Origin: Microgenomates group bacterium
Lineage (GTDB): Bacteria; Patescibacteriota; Microgenomatia; UBA12405
Assembly: GCA_049303675.1 (NCBI GenBank)
Contig: JBAQNJ010000001.1
Coordinates: 664,711 to 728,710 of the forward strand
Reading direction: 5' to 3'
Length of the DNA stretch: 64,000 nt
A program made the translations under genes and the position numbers. Below the pieces are notes generated by a model. The model was not told the DNA's origin. It ran no database searches and saw only the letters and a list, made by a program, of their open reading frames with translations. Below, piece after piece: positions 9,867 through 20,495 of the stretch; positions within the stretch are counted from its first letter, which is position 1, and every line of letters starts with the position of its first letter.

Positions 9867-10816
9867 TAAAATACAAAAGTATGTTAGATAAACCTTTAAT
9901 TAGTGCTGTTATCAATGTTCGCAATGAAGCCGATAATCTAGCCAAATGTTTACGTTCCCTTTCTGGGTTTGCCACTGAAATTATCATTACCGATATGCAT
10001 TCCACCGACAACAGTAAAGAGATTGCTCTCAATGCTGGTGCCAAAGTCTACGACTATCGCTGGTTAAACCATGTCGAGCCGGCGCGCAACTTTGCCCTAG
10101 CCAAAGCCAGTGGAAAGTGGATAATTCTCCTTGATCCCGATGAATATCTCAACCAGACTCTCAAACGAGAACTCCTTAAAATAACCCAACGCAAAGACAT
10201 CGACTGGGTTAAAATCCCTCGAAAAAACATTATTTTCAACAAGTGGATGAGACATTCTCGCTGTTGGCCAGATTATCTCATTAGGTTTTTCAAAAAAAAG
10301 CATGTTACCTGGAAAAATGAAATTCATAGTCAACCCAACACCCTTGGTCACGGACTAACCATCCTCGATAACGAGAAACTCGCCATTAGACATCTCAACT
10401 ACTCCTCAATTAGCCAATATCTAAATCAAACTATTAGATATAGTCGTGTTCAAGCCGAAGAGCTTTTAGATAGCGGCTACAAACTCAAAATCTCTGATCT
10501 AATTCTCAAGCCAATTCAAGAATTCAATAGTCGTTATTATTTTGCTCAGGGTTACAAAGACGGTATTCATGGATTGGTTTTTTGTCTGCTCCAAAGTTTT
10601 TCCATTTGTCTTATTTATATTCGTCTTTGGGAAAAATCTGGTTTTTCAGAAAAAGTCCTCTCCAAGGACTCCTTTGTCTCAGCCATCCAAGAGAGCAGCT
10701 TTGAACACAACTTTTGGTTCACCAAATACTATACCCAAGAATACTCCCACAATATTTTCCACAACAGTCTGATGAAATTAAAGTTATTTTTCAGTCGAAT
10801 TACCAAAAAAATCTAA
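9863..10816 (+). CDS. Glycosyltransferase family 2
   Basis: ISAVINVRNEADNL start. DxD (LLDPDEY). C-terminal hydrophobic helices. Paralog of 11730..12491 and 31965..32876. Confidence 0.7.
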   Translation: MIKYKSMLDKPLISAVINVRNEADNLAKCLRSLSGFATEIIITDMHSTDNSKEIALNAGAKVYDYRWLNHVEPARNFALAKASGKWIILLDPDEYLNQTLKRELLKITQRKDIDWVKIPRKNIIFNKWMRHSRCWPDYLIRFFKKKHVTWKNEIHSQPNTLGHGLTILDNEKLAIRHLNYSSISQYLNQTIRYSRVQAEELLDSGYKLKISDLILKPIQEFNSRYYFAQGYKDGIHGLVFCLLQSFSICLIYIRLWEKSGFSEKVLSKDSFVSAIQESSFEHNFWFTKYYTQEYSHNIFHNSLMKLKLFFSRITKKI

Positions 10817-11733
10817 TGTCCCAAATTGCCATCATTATCCTCAACTGGAACACCACCAAGTTAACTAAAATAACCATTAATTCTTTCTTAAAAATCCACC
10901 ACACTGGCTTCAGGTATCACCTTGTTTTGGTCGACAATGGTTCCCAAAAAGAATGCATTGATGAATTGGAAAAAACTTATAAAAATAACCCAGAGATAAC
11001 CATTCTCAAATCCGCCACCAATACCGGCTACGCCCATGGTAATAATATTGGCATCGAGTGGGCGCTATCACACCACTTTGATTACATCATGATCGCCAAT
11101 TCAGACATCCGAGTTGCTCCTGACTTTCTCGAAATATTATATAAACAGGCTGTTTCATCAACCTCATTATTTTTAGCTCCAAAAATATATTTTGAAAAAG
11201 GCTATGAGTTTCATAAAGAACGTTATCGAAAATCAGAATTAGGCAAAGTGATTTGGGCTATGGGCGGCAAAATAGATTGGGACAACATCTACGGTTCCAA
11301 TATTGCTATCGACGAGGTCGACCAGGGTCAGTACGATCAGCAAGCACCCTCTCCCGACTTTATTAGTGGTTGTTGTTTTTTAGTCAATAGTGCAATTTTT
11401 CGACAAATAGGTTTATTCGATGATAAGTATTACTTATATTTAGAGGATGCCGATTTTTCAGTCAGAGCCACTCTCCAAAAGTATCAATTAAAGATAATTC
11501 CTCAAGCCAAAATCTGGCATATCAATTCCGGCTCAGCTGCCCCTTCGTCCCATATTCAAGATTATTTTATAACCCGCAACCGTCTCCTATTTGCATTTAA
11601 ATACACCTCTTTTCGTACCAAATTCGCTCTGTTTCGAGAAGCAATCAAGTTTTTATTCATCGGTAGATACTGGCAGAAAATCGGTGTCCGGGATTTTCTG
11701 TTTAGTAAATTTGAAAAGGGGAGTTGGTCATGA
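10816..11733 (+). CDS. Glycosyltransferase family 2 (WbbL/rhamnosyltransferase-like architecture)
   Basis: ATG at 10816 in TAATG overlap with upstream stop. IAIIILNWNTTK...LVDNGS...ANSDIRV GT2 motifs. Confidence 0.7.
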   Translation: MSQIAIIILNWNTTKLTKITINSFLKIHHTGFRYHLVLVDNGSQKECIDELEKTYKNNPEITILKSATNTGYAHGNNIGIEWALSHHFDYIMIANSDIRVAPDFLEILYKQAVSSTSLFLAPKIYFEKGYEFHKERYRKSELGKVIWAMGGKIDWDNIYGSNIAIDEVDQGQYDQQAPSPDFISGCCFLVNSAIFRQIGLFDDKYYLYLEDADFSVRATLQKYQLKIIPQAKIWHINSGSAAPSSHIQDYFITRNRLLFAFKYTSFRTKFALFREAIKFLFIGRYWQKIGVRDFLFSKFEKGSWS

Positions 11734-12491
11734 AGTCAAAGCCACTTACTCTAATAATCCTCACTGGAAATAGCCACGACTTATTTGAAAAATCCCTCAC
11801 TAGCTGCACCTTTGCCGATGAAATAATCCTCATCTCCAATGCTACCGACAATACTCATCAAGTAGCCAAATCCATTTACCCAAATATCAAAATTTATCAA
11901 AGTCCTCAGCCTTTTAATTTCTCCACTGCTCGCAACTTGGGCCTAAAACACGCCACCGGAAAATGGATTCTCTACATTGACAGTGATGAAGTTGTCACTC
12001 CCAGTCTAAAAAAACAAATACTGGAAATTATCGACCATCCCTCCAAATATACTAACTACGACCTACCCCGTGCCAATTATTTCTTAGGTCATCGTGTCAG
12101 ATACGGCGGCACCTATCCCGACTATGTCAAGAGACTATTTTTGCGCCGTCATTTAATTAAATATGTCGGTATTCTTCACGAGCAGCCTCAAGTTACCGGC
12201 CCCAGTGGTGTTCTAAATTCCAACTTGTTGCACTACACCCATCGCCATCTACAATCCATGCTCTCCAAAAGCATCGATTGGACCCAAATAGAAGCCCAAC
12301 TCCTCCATCAGGCTCATCATCCCCCAGTTGTTTGGTGGAGATTTATCCGGATGTTGTTCACCAAGCTCTGGCAAAGACTAGTTCTCGAGAGTATGTGGCG
12401 AGATGGTATAGTAGGATGGATATCCCTAATATTTGAAGTTTATGATACCTACATGATCTACGCTTACTTATACGAATTACAACATGCTTAA
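11730..12491 (+). CDS. Glycosyltransferase family 2
   Basis: ATGA overlap with upstream stop. LTLIILTGNSHD...DEIILISNATDNT...YIDSDEV. Confidence 0.65.
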   Translation: MKSKPLTLIILTGNSHDLFEKSLTSCTFADEIILISNATDNTHQVAKSIYPNIKIYQSPQPFNFSTARNLGLKHATGKWILYIDSDEVVTPSLKKQILEIIDHPSKYTNYDLPRANYFLGHRVRYGGTYPDYVKRLFLRRHLIKYVGILHEQPQVTGPSGVLNSNLLHYTHRHLQSMLSKSIDWTQIEAQLLHQAHHPPVVWWRFIRMLFTKLWQRLVLESMWRDGIVGWISLIFEVYDTYMIYAYLYELQHA

Positions 12492-13662
12492 AGCTGCAAT
12501 TTACGACCCCTATCTGGATACTCTTGGAGGAGGGGAGAGATATTGTCTCAGTATTGCCGAATCACTTCTCATAAAAGGCTATCAAGTGGACATCTTTTGG
12601 TCAGGAGATCCTGACATTATCATCCAAGCCCAAAAAAGGTTCAATCTCCAGCTTGACAAGGTTCGTCTAATCCCCGATATTTTCAATGAACATTGTCAAC
12701 ACTTAGAATCAGTTGAAGATACCACCCTCATCGGCACCATCGCCAGCCATCACCAGCCCCTAACCTCACTCTTCCAAAAAATATCCCAGTTTATACACCG
12801 TTACCAAATAACCAGTCAATATGATCTCCTCTTTTATCTTAGTGATTGGAGCATTCCCTTCCTGTTTTCTCATCAAAACATCCTTCACGTCCAAGTTCCC
12901 TTTATCAAATCTACCCATTTTAGGGAAAAATTCCTAAATATCCTAAAAATATTTTTTATTAAAAAAATTATTTGCAATTCCAATTTTACCCAGGGTTTTG
13001 CCCAAGCCAAGTTTGGAGGCAAATGCCTCACTCTCTACCCCCCAGTCGACGTCTCTCAATTTTCTTCTTCAAGTTCCAAACAAAATATCATTCTCTCCGT
13101 TGGTCGTTTTGATAGTTTATTAAATTCAAAAAAACAAGACGTTTTGATTAGAGCTTTTGCCAAGTTAATCAAACAAAACAAAAATAGTGACTGGAAATTG
13201 GTATTGGCCGGCGGCAGCCTCTCTTCTCCCCACTCCAACTCCTATTTATTACACTTGCAGTCTTTAGCCAAAGACCTTCCAGTTGAATTTATCATCAACC
13301 CCGACTTTACCAAGTTAAAATCTGTTTACGAATCCGCCAAAATTTACTGGCATGCTGCCGGCTACGAAGTCGATCAAGCCTCACATCCCGAAAATACCGA
13401 ACATTTTGGCATGGCTCCAGTTGAAGCCATGGCCTCGGGTGCTGTCCCAGTTCTGGTCCACAAAGGTGGTCTTTGTGAAATAATTAGCGACAATTTTGAT
13501 GGTTATTTATGGCAAGACGAATCAGAATTAATCTCCAAAACTCAACTTCTCATGGCCACTCCTCAAAAGTGGTTGGAAATGTCCCAAAAATCTATCAATA
13601 CATCCCAAAAATTCTCCAAGGAATCCTTTAATATCAATTTTACCAACATTCTCAAACTATGA
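12484..13662 (+). CDS. Glycosyltransferase family 4 (GT-B, group 1)
   Basis: C-terminal EHFGMAPVEAMASGAVPV (E-x7-E) motif. 392 aa. Confidence 0.7.
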   Translation: MLKAAIYDPYLDTLGGGERYCLSIAESLLIKGYQVDIFWSGDPDIIIQAQKRFNLQLDKVRLIPDIFNEHCQHLESVEDTTLIGTIASHHQPLTSLFQKISQFIHRYQITSQYDLLFYLSDWSIPFLFSHQNILHVQVPFIKSTHFREKFLNILKIFFIKKIICNSNFTQGFAQAKFGGKCLTLYPPVDVSQFSSSSSKQNIILSVGRFDSLLNSKKQDVLIRAFAKLIKQNKNSDWKLVLAGGSLSSPHSNSYLLHLQSLAKDLPVEFIINPDFTKLKSVYESAKIYWHAAGYEVDQASHPENTEHFGMAPVEAMASGAVPVLVHKGGLCEIISDNFDGYLWQDESELISKTQLLMATPQKWLEMSQKSINTSQKFSKESFNINFTNILKL

Positions 13663-14534
13663 AAAAAATCTCTGTCATTGTTACCAACTGGAATACTGTC
13701 AACTTATTAAAAAAATTTTTTCACAAGGTAGTAGAAAATTCACCAGAAGCCAGTGAAATTATTTTTGCCGATGATGCCTCTCCAGATGGTAGTGTCGCCT
13801 ATATTCGTGAACTCCAAAAAAAATATCCTCAAATCAAAATAATCGCCCACAAAAAAAACCTAGGTTTTGGTAAAAATAGCAATGATGCTGTTCGTCGTGC
13901 CAAGGGTGATTATGTGGTCTTACTCAACAGTGATATTGATCCCCACCGCGGTTATATTAGTCACGCCCTTCCTCATCTCCAAGACGAACAAGTCTTTGGT
14001 GTTGGTTTTTGTGAATTAGGTAATGAAAATTGGTCCAATATATTTTGGAAAGACGGCTATCTTCAATATAACCGTGGTGTCAATAACGGTCAAACCCATA
14101 TCTCCGGCTGGCTATCTGGCGGAGGTTCCATCATTGACAAAGCCAAATTTGAAAAATTGGGTGGTTTCGACAACGTCTACGCTCCCTTTTATTCAGAAGA
14201 TGTCGACTTAGGCTATCGAGCTTGGAAATCAGGCTACACCCTTCTCTGGGAGCCAAAATGTATTATCGAACACAAGCATGAATCAACTATGTCCAAATTT
14301 CCCAAAAGACACCTTGACTACGTCAAAGAGCGCAATCGTTTGTTGACTGTTTTGCGCAATATTACCGACCCTAAAATGCTTTTTGAAAACAAGCTCACCC
14401 AAATCTTACGTGTTTTAACTGGCCCAAATTACCTTAAAATTATCCTCGCTGCCCATCGCCAGCTTAAATTAAATTCACCCCCTCTCGTCTTTCCAGTTCG
14501 AACGGATGCTGAAATATTTGCTATGTTCAAATGA
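13659..14534 (+). CDS. Glycosyltransferase family 2
   Basis: ISVIVTNWNT...FADDASPDGS...LLNSDIDP. Contains an A8 tract at 13851-13858. Confidence 0.7.
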   Translation: MKKISVIVTNWNTVNLLKKFFHKVVENSPEASEIIFADDASPDGSVAYIRELQKKYPQIKIIAHKKNLGFGKNSNDAVRRAKGDYVVLLNSDIDPHRGYISHALPHLQDEQVFGVGFCELGNENWSNIFWKDGYLQYNRGVNNGQTHISGWLSGGGSIIDKAKFEKLGGFDNVYAPFYSEDVDLGYRAWKSGYTLLWEPKCIIEHKHESTMSKFPKRHLDYVKERNRLLTVLRNITDPKMLFENKLTQILRVLTGPNYLKIILAAHRQLKLNSPPLVFPVRTDAEIFAMFK

Positions 14535-16891
14535 AGAAATATCTACCTTTACTGATAATTTTCACCATCATTGGGCTCTTTTACTATCCTTTCTTTCGCC
14601 ACCACCTTGTCCCCGTTCCACTTGATATTGTTCCAGGAATGTATTTGCCGTGGCTAGACCGTACTATCCCCGTCAAAAACCCCTTACCCTCTGATGTTGT
14701 CTCTCTGACCCTACCGCTACGCTATTTATCCGTAAATTTATTTCGCAGTGGCCAATGGCCACTCTGGAACAGCCAAATTCTCTCGGGGACTCCGCTTTTA
14801 GCCACATTCCAATCAGCTTCACTATCACTATTCAACATACTGTATTTACTTCCATTTTCTTTTCTTGATGTCTGGTCTATCCAAATCATTCTCCAGCCAA
14901 TTTTAGCTTTTCTCTTTTTTTATCTATTTATTTCCCTTTACCAAAAAAACCAATTTGCTGTCATTACCAGTTCACTTATCTGGGCATTCAACGGTTTTTT
15001 TGCGCTCTGGTTTCAATACAATACCGTTGTTTATGCTGGGCTATTTCTGCCTTTATGCTTATATTCCATCAACAAATTTTCCCAAAATTATCTTTGGGGA
15101 TTCTTGCTAGCTGCTTCTCTCGCTCTCTCAGCCATCTCCGGTAACCCACCTGTCACTATCATTATTATTTGTGCCTCAATTGTTTATTCCCTGTTTTATT
15201 TATATCGGCAACCATCAAAACTAATATTTTTATCTTTCTTTTTTATACTATCCTTATTGTATTCATCACCTCAGCTCTCAGTTGGGCTGGCCAATTCCCA
15301 GAATTCTATCCGTGATTCCGATCAGGTAGCCTTAAATTCACACATAAAATACTTACCACTGGTCCGGTTACTCACCGCCATCTCCCCAGATTATTTTGGT
15401 CACCCCAGTACTCGAAATACCTGGATAGACCAAAGTTTATATGACAACTTGACAATCTATAATGGAATTTTACCCCTAACCCTGATTATATTGAGTTTGT
15501 TCATCTATCCAGTTCTCAAATCAAAACTGCTCCTAAATTATTCCTATACCATAACAGCCCTTTCCTTTCTCTTTATGCTCCCCAATATTTTTTCCCAAAC
15601 TGTTGGCACTTGGAAATTCCTCGGACTCAACTCAATGGTTTTCACTCGGACGTCAATTTTATATTCATTTGCCCTGTCCACGATTAGTGGACTCGTCTTG
15701 GGTCACCTCATCACTTCAAAAATTAAAAAACCAATAATTTCCCTGCTTGTTCTCCCCTTAGCCACCACGACGATGCTTGTCGCCACCTTTTTAATCAGTA
15801 AATATTATCAAACAGTGCCTTATCTTGACTACAACTGGCAAGTGCAATCACGTGTGGCCCTCCGTAACGCCATTCTTCCTTGTCTTTTATCAATTTCGAT
15901 TTCTTTTCTAATTATTATTTTTATCAAATTTAGCCAGCATCATTTCACCCACCTTATTTTGCTAGCCTTATTCCTTGTCAATACGTTTGATCTTTATCGT
16001 TTTTTTTACAAATACAACAGCTTCACTTCCTCAAAATATTTTTATCCATCCCACGAAGTTTTAAATTATTTGGGGGATCACTCTTTTAGGTTTGCTCGGG
16101 AAAATGCACAAATTCTACCTTCAAATATGTGGCTAATGTACCCCCATCTCCAAACTGCTACCGGCTACGACACCACCTATTCCACTAATTACGGTCACTT
16201 CATGTCATTACTCAACAGCGGCAATATCTCCGGACTCACCAACAGATTTGTCGAGATAGACAATCAAAACTCTCACCTAATAAACCTCCTTTCCCTAGAT
16301 CATTTTCTAGCTACCAAAAAAGACAAATTTGAGTTGTCAGTCCAAGGTAAATTATCTCCCTCGATAGCCCACGCCAATTTTGAGTTGGTCAAGGATTATG
16401 GCACCTACCAACTTCTCAAAAATAATCAGGCGCTCCCCTTCGTCAGGTCAGTCAAAAAAATTGTTTTTTCCCCCGACTTAGCCACCACCAAGGAGTTATT
16501 GCTAGGTCCCCAATATGATCAGATTGCTATTCTTTCCGATAATCTAGATAGTTCACCCGAACTGGACAGCGAGGTGGTGATCAGTCAGGTTAATCAACTG
16601 TCCCAGTCAGTTACTTTTACCACCAATTCCTCCGCCCTCAAACCATCATTTATCACTATTAGTCAAAACTATGATCCAAATTGGACCGCTTCTATAGATG
16701 GCCAAAGCACTCGAATATATCAGACGAACCTCACTTTTCAGGGATTACTCATCCCCTCTGGCAGGCATCTAATCAGGTTGTCCTACCAACCCAAAATATT
16801 TTACTATTCACTCTTCATCTCCGCCATTTCCCTTATACTCTCCCTTCTTGTAATATTAATTAGTAGCCTATGGCCCAAAATTACCAAATAA
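14531..16891 (+). CDS. YfhO-like large GT-C membrane glycosyltransferase (candidate)
   Basis: 786 aa. N-terminal DIVPGMYLPW...GQWPLWNSQILSGTPLLA loop pattern followed by many TM helices and C-terminal TM. Size and architecture match the YfhO family. Confidence 0.45.
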   Translation: MKKYLPLLIIFTIIGLFYYPFFRHHLVPVPLDIVPGMYLPWLDRTIPVKNPLPSDVVSLTLPLRYLSVNLFRSGQWPLWNSQILSGTPLLATFQSASLSLFNILYLLPFSFLDVWSIQIILQPILAFLFFYLFISLYQKNQFAVITSSLIWAFNGFFALWFQYNTVVYAGLFLPLCLYSINKFSQNYLWGFLLAASLALSAISGNPPVTIIIICASIVYSLFYLYRQPSKLIFLSFFFILSLLYSSPQLSVGLANSQNSIRDSDQVALNSHIKYLPLVRLLTAISPDYFGHPSTRNTWIDQSLYDNLTIYNGILPLTLIILSLFIYPVLKSKLLLNYSYTITALSFLFMLPNIFSQTVGTWKFLGLNSMVFTRTSILYSFALSTISGLVLGHLITSKIKKPIISLLVLPLATTTMLVATFLISKYYQTVPYLDYNWQVQSRVALRNAILPCLLSISISFLIIIFIKFSQHHFTHLILLALFLVNTFDLYRFFYKYNSFTSSKYFYPSHEVLNYLGDHSFRFARENAQILPSNMWLMYPHLQTATGYDTTYSTNYGHFMSLLNSGNISGLTNRFVEIDNQNSHLINLLSLDHFLATKKDKFELSVQGKLSPSIAHANFELVKDYGTYQLLKNNQALPFVRSVKKIVFSPDLATTKELLLGPQYDQIAILSDNLDSSPELDSEVVISQVNQLSQSVTFTTNSSALKPSFITISQNYDPNWTASIDGQSTRIYQTNLTFQGLLIPSGRHLIRLSYQPKIFYYSLFISAISLILSLLVILISSLWPKITK

Positions 16892-17682
16892 GTATTATCA
16901 TCCCTACTTGGAACACCTCCCTGATTACCCTCAAATGTATTCAGACACTGCGCCGCTATTTACCCCAAAACTTCGCTCAAATTATAATCGTCGACAATGG
17001 CTCCACTGATGATACCGCCAAAGTCATGGGAAAATTAAAGGATATTGTTTATATTCGCAACTCCACAAATCTAGGCTTTGCCAAAGGCAACAATATCGGC
17101 GCCCGACAGGCTAATGCTCCGACACTCTTATTTCTAAATTCTGATATGGAGCTAATCGATTCTTCGATTGTCGATATGGTCAAATATTTTAATTCCCATC
17201 CTCAAATTGGCTTAATTGGGCCTCGGTTTCTCAATATAGATTTAACTGTTCAAGGATCGGTGATGCCCCCCCAAACCCCACTCAACGCCTTTAAGCAATA
17301 CTGGCTCAATATCCCCAATGCCTACACCAAATACTCGCCAAATGTCTCCCTACCCACACCGGTTTGGGCTGTTTCCGGTGGAGCCGTGCTAATCAAAACT
17401 AATTTATACCAGCAAATAGGCGGCTGGGATGAGCGTTATTTTTTTTACTACGAAGATCTCGAACTGTGTCGTCAAGTACGCACCCTAGGTCAGCAAATAT
17501 ATTACTATCCTAATTGTCAGTTAATTCACCGTCATGGCGCCTCGGGAACAGCTATTGTCGATTCAAAAAACCAATGGCGCCGTCTCATTCCCTCGTCAAA
17601 ATTATATTTTGGGTACTTCACCCATTATCTTATTTTTTTGATCACATGGTCCAGTCAAAAAATATTTGGAAATCACCAATAA
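16870..17682 (+). CDS. Glycosyltransferase family 2
   Basis: ISIIIPTWNTS...VDNGSTDDT...LNSDMEL. 270 aa. Confidence 0.7.
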   Translation: MAQNYQISIIIPTWNTSLITLKCIQTLRRYLPQNFAQIIIVDNGSTDDTAKVMGKLKDIVYIRNSTNLGFAKGNNIGARQANAPTLLFLNSDMELIDSSIVDMVKYFNSHPQIGLIGPRFLNIDLTVQGSVMPPQTPLNAFKQYWLNIPNAYTKYSPNVSLPTPVWAVSGGAVLIKTNLYQQIGGWDERYFFYYEDLELCRQVRTLGQQIYYYPNCQLIHRHGASGTAIVDSKNQWRRLIPSSKLYFGYFTHYLIFLITWSSQKIFGNHQ

Positions 17683-18941
17683 TCATTCTCGTCACCATCC
17701 TCTTTGGCTTACTTATCCGTGTTTATATTACTCCACTCAACCAACAGGGCGACATTCAGGTCCACCAGGAATGGAGTCGTATTATTTATCAGCAGAGACC
17801 TCTGGGTTCATATTTTTTTAGTAATTGGACTTACACCCCACCCACCCAGCCACCGCTGATGCTACTTGGTTTTTGGACATCACAACATATCTACCAAAAC
17901 CGCTACCTCCTCTCCCAAATTCACAATCAAATTCACCTGCCTCCAGCTTCATTTATTATTTGGTTCGATAAAAATGGCGAATGGTTGTTACTAAAATCAT
18001 GGGCAATTCTCGGCGATATTTTATCAGCCTTAATCGTTTATATTCTGGTAAAAAACATCACTCATAATTATCTTTATGCATATTTAGGGATCATCTTTGT
18101 GCTCTTCAACCCTGTTTCTATTTTTGAAAGTGCCTATTGGGGTCAAAACGACATTGTTGGAGCCCTTTTTTTATACCTGTCACTCTATCTCCTCCTGTCC
18201 CTTCGTTACAGTTATCTCTCCCTTCCTTTATTTATTATCTCAGTCCTACTCAAACCTACCACACTTATTCTCTCACCCCTCCTCCTCTATGTATTTATTC
18301 AAAAATTCAATTATTCATTATTATTACAGCAATTAATTGGGCTGGTTTTCAGTCTTATTATCCTCATAATCTGCTTTCAACCCTTTGTTAAATCTACTTT
18401 AGAAATAAAGGACATCATCTCCCAAAGAATTGTCACTTCAGCCAAAGGTACAGTTAAAGCCTCCCACTCCGCCTTCAACTTTTATTCGTTAGTTTTTACT
18501 CTTGACAAAACCAATGCCGACTACAAAATATTTAATATTCCACTCTCCACCTATTCAATTTTAATTTACCTTCTGCTCAATTTAACTATTGCCATTTTTA
18601 TTCTAAAAAGTAAACCAAGTATCGTAAATTATCTTGTTTCTGCTTATATTTTATCCCAAGGTTCTTTTCTTTTTATGACCGGCATGATGGAACGCTATTT
18701 CTTTCCCGCCTTCCTTGCCGCCACCATTCTCATGACTATCAACTTCCACCATTTAAAGTACGTTCTATTTCTTCAGCAGATTTGTTGGTTTATCAATCTA
18801 GTCTTCGCCCGTCCTCAAAGTGTTATCCTCGTCAAGTCATTCTCATTGATTTCTCTCTGCCTCTTTTTCTATATTTTTTATACTACAATTTATCCTCTAA
18901 TTGCCTCCAATAGTACGGCGGCGAACCATCAGGACGTCTAA
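17646..18941 (+). CDS. Polytopic membrane protein, GT-C-like (unassigned family); paralog of 20496..21650
   Basis: First ATG after the upstream stop region is 17646 (ORF-track start 17514 overlaps the GT2 extensively). N-terminal FGLLIRVY...GDIQVHQEW...YTPPTQPPLMLLGFW parallels the N-terminus of 20496..21650. Confidence 0.4.
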   Translation: MVQSKNIWKSPIIILVTILFGLLIRVYITPLNQQGDIQVHQEWSRIIYQQRPLGSYFFSNWTYTPPTQPPLMLLGFWTSQHIYQNRYLLSQIHNQIHLPPASFIIWFDKNGEWLLLKSWAILGDILSALIVYILVKNITHNYLYAYLGIIFVLFNPVSIFESAYWGQNDIVGALFLYLSLYLLLSLRYSYLSLPLFIISVLLKPTTLILSPLLLYVFIQKFNYSLLLQQLIGLVFSLIILIICFQPFVKSTLEIKDIISQRIVTSAKGTVKASHSAFNFYSLVFTLDKTNADYKIFNIPLSTYSILIYLLLNLTIAIFILKSKPSIVNYLVSAYILSQGSFLFMTGMMERYFFPAFLAATILMTINFHHLKYVLFLQQICWFINLVFARPQSVILVKSFSLISLCLFFYIFYTTIYPLIASNSTAANHQDV

Positions 18942-20490
18942 TTATTTTGACCTCCTTTACCACATAATTTCTGTACTCCAACTCAGTTGTTGTACAGCCT
19001 TCGGCATCCACAAACAGTATTTGATTATTAGACTTCAGATCAGATCCCGCATATTTTTTACTCGGACACTTTTCGTTCGAAAATACATAGTTGCTCCTCA
19101 TCCCTCCCAAAAAGTTCACCCATGGTTCTAAACCATCAGGTGAGTTACTCAAATATATTTGAGTGTATTTTGATCCGACCTTGCCCAGCTCTTCTACCAG
19201 CTCTGCCGCACCACCGTTTCTAAAATAACTAGCCAAGCTCATCTTTTGATGAATCAAGTACATGTGAGAAAAATAAATAAAGTTAAGACCATAGAGTGCC
19301 CAGCAACCCAGATAGACTACCTTCCATTTTTTAGAAATTTCACCCATTTGATACATTCCGTAGGCCATCAAAACAATCAAAAAAGGCACCATAAAAATTG
19401 CTCGTTGTAAGTTAGGAGTATCTTCATTGGTAATGGCAGCGGGCAGGGGAGACAACGCCAACAGTGCCACTATCAACAACAGTTCCCTTCTTTGGCCAAC
19501 CCCAAAAAGTCCTATCACCACCAGTACGAATTCAATGTATGTTAGTAGTCCCACATAGGGCACGGTATAACGAATCGGTTTGGCGCTATTTCCCAACAAA
19601 AAATCCGTCCCAAAGTATTCTTTATACTCTTCTGCGAATCTTCTTAGATAAGCCGCCCATCTATTATGGAAAATTCTCGCCCTCAATACCTCGTTTGGTC
19701 CTTCCTCGGTGGGCATTTTAGTAACCTCATAAAGTACTTGGAAATCACTCTTCAAGCTTACTTGCCCCATCCTTCCCCGAGCACTAGGATTAATAAACAT
19801 CAACCCAGTTGTCATCAATATCGCCAGCACCAAATAAATCTGTCGCCATCCCATCCTTGAAGTCAATACCAGTCTATTAAATAACACCACAACTACTACA
19901 AAAACAATTCCCAATACTCGGATATTATGGTAGAAAAAAAATGTCACCACCAGACTCAAATAACACCCCACAGCATATTTAGTCAAGTCCACTTTGATCA
20001 ATTTAATCAAAAAGTACAATGCCCACAATGTTCCAAATACAGCCACTATACTCTCGCTCGTCGATCTACTAGCCACAATATGCCATGGATTTAAAGCCAA
20101 CATCAGCGCACTTATCATCGCCAATCTCTTCTTAGAAGATAGTTGGTATACCAATAGATACAAAGTCACCACTGATAGTCCGCCTACTATAGCAAAAGGC
20201 AATCTTACCGCCAGTACTGTTTTTCCAAACAGCACTAATGACGGTATGATTAGGTAAATGAGTCCTGTTGGCCTAAAATCCCCAAAAGAATCATAATACA
20301 TAGGCAAGTAATTACCTTTATCATCACCACCTGTCTGCAAAATCAAATAGGCATTCCAGCCCGCCTTTACTTCATCAACATGTAATCCATAGGGTACATC
20401 TGCCAATTGATATAATCTCACCACTAGGGCCACTCCCAAAATAAGCAACAACCACCAACTATTTTTGTATCCCACATCGTATAATAACAC
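18883..20490 (-). CDS. ArnT/PMT_2-family GT-C membrane glycosyltransferase
   Basis: Loop motif LHVDEVKAGWNAYLILQTGGDDKG, FGDFRPTGL, VRLPFAIVGG and LNPWHIVASRS are shared with the tandem paralogs at 23992-31975. First codon at 20490 is GTG. An alternative GTG start at 20475 is possible. Convergent 59-nt overlap with 17646..18941. Confidence 0.6.
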   Translation of the reverse strand: MLLYDVGYKNSWWLLLILGVALVVRLYQLADVPYGLHVDEVKAGWNAYLILQTGGDDKGNYLPMYYDSFGDFRPTGLIYLIIPSLVLFGKTVLAVRLPFAIVGGLSVVTLYLLVYQLSSKKRLAMISALMLALNPWHIVASRSTSESIVAVFGTLWALYFLIKLIKVDLTKYAVGCYLSLVVTFFFYHNIRVLGIVFVVVVVLFNRLVLTSRMGWRQIYLVLAILMTTGLMFINPSARGRMGQVSLKSDFQVLYEVTKMPTEEGPNEVLRARIFHNRWAAYLRRFAEEYKEYFGTDFLLGNSAKPIRYTVPYVGLLTYIEFVLVVIGLFGVGQRRELLLIVALLALSPLPAAITNEDTPNLQRAIFMVPFLIVLMAYGMYQMGEISKKWKVVYLGCWALYGLNFIYFSHMYLIHQKMSLASYFRNGGAAELVEELGKVGSKYTQIYLSNSPDGLEPWVNFLGGMRSNYVFSNEKCPSKKYAGSDLKSNNQILFVDAEGCTTTELEYRNYVVKEVKIIRRPDGSPPYYWRQLEDKL

Positions 20491-20495
20491 TATTG

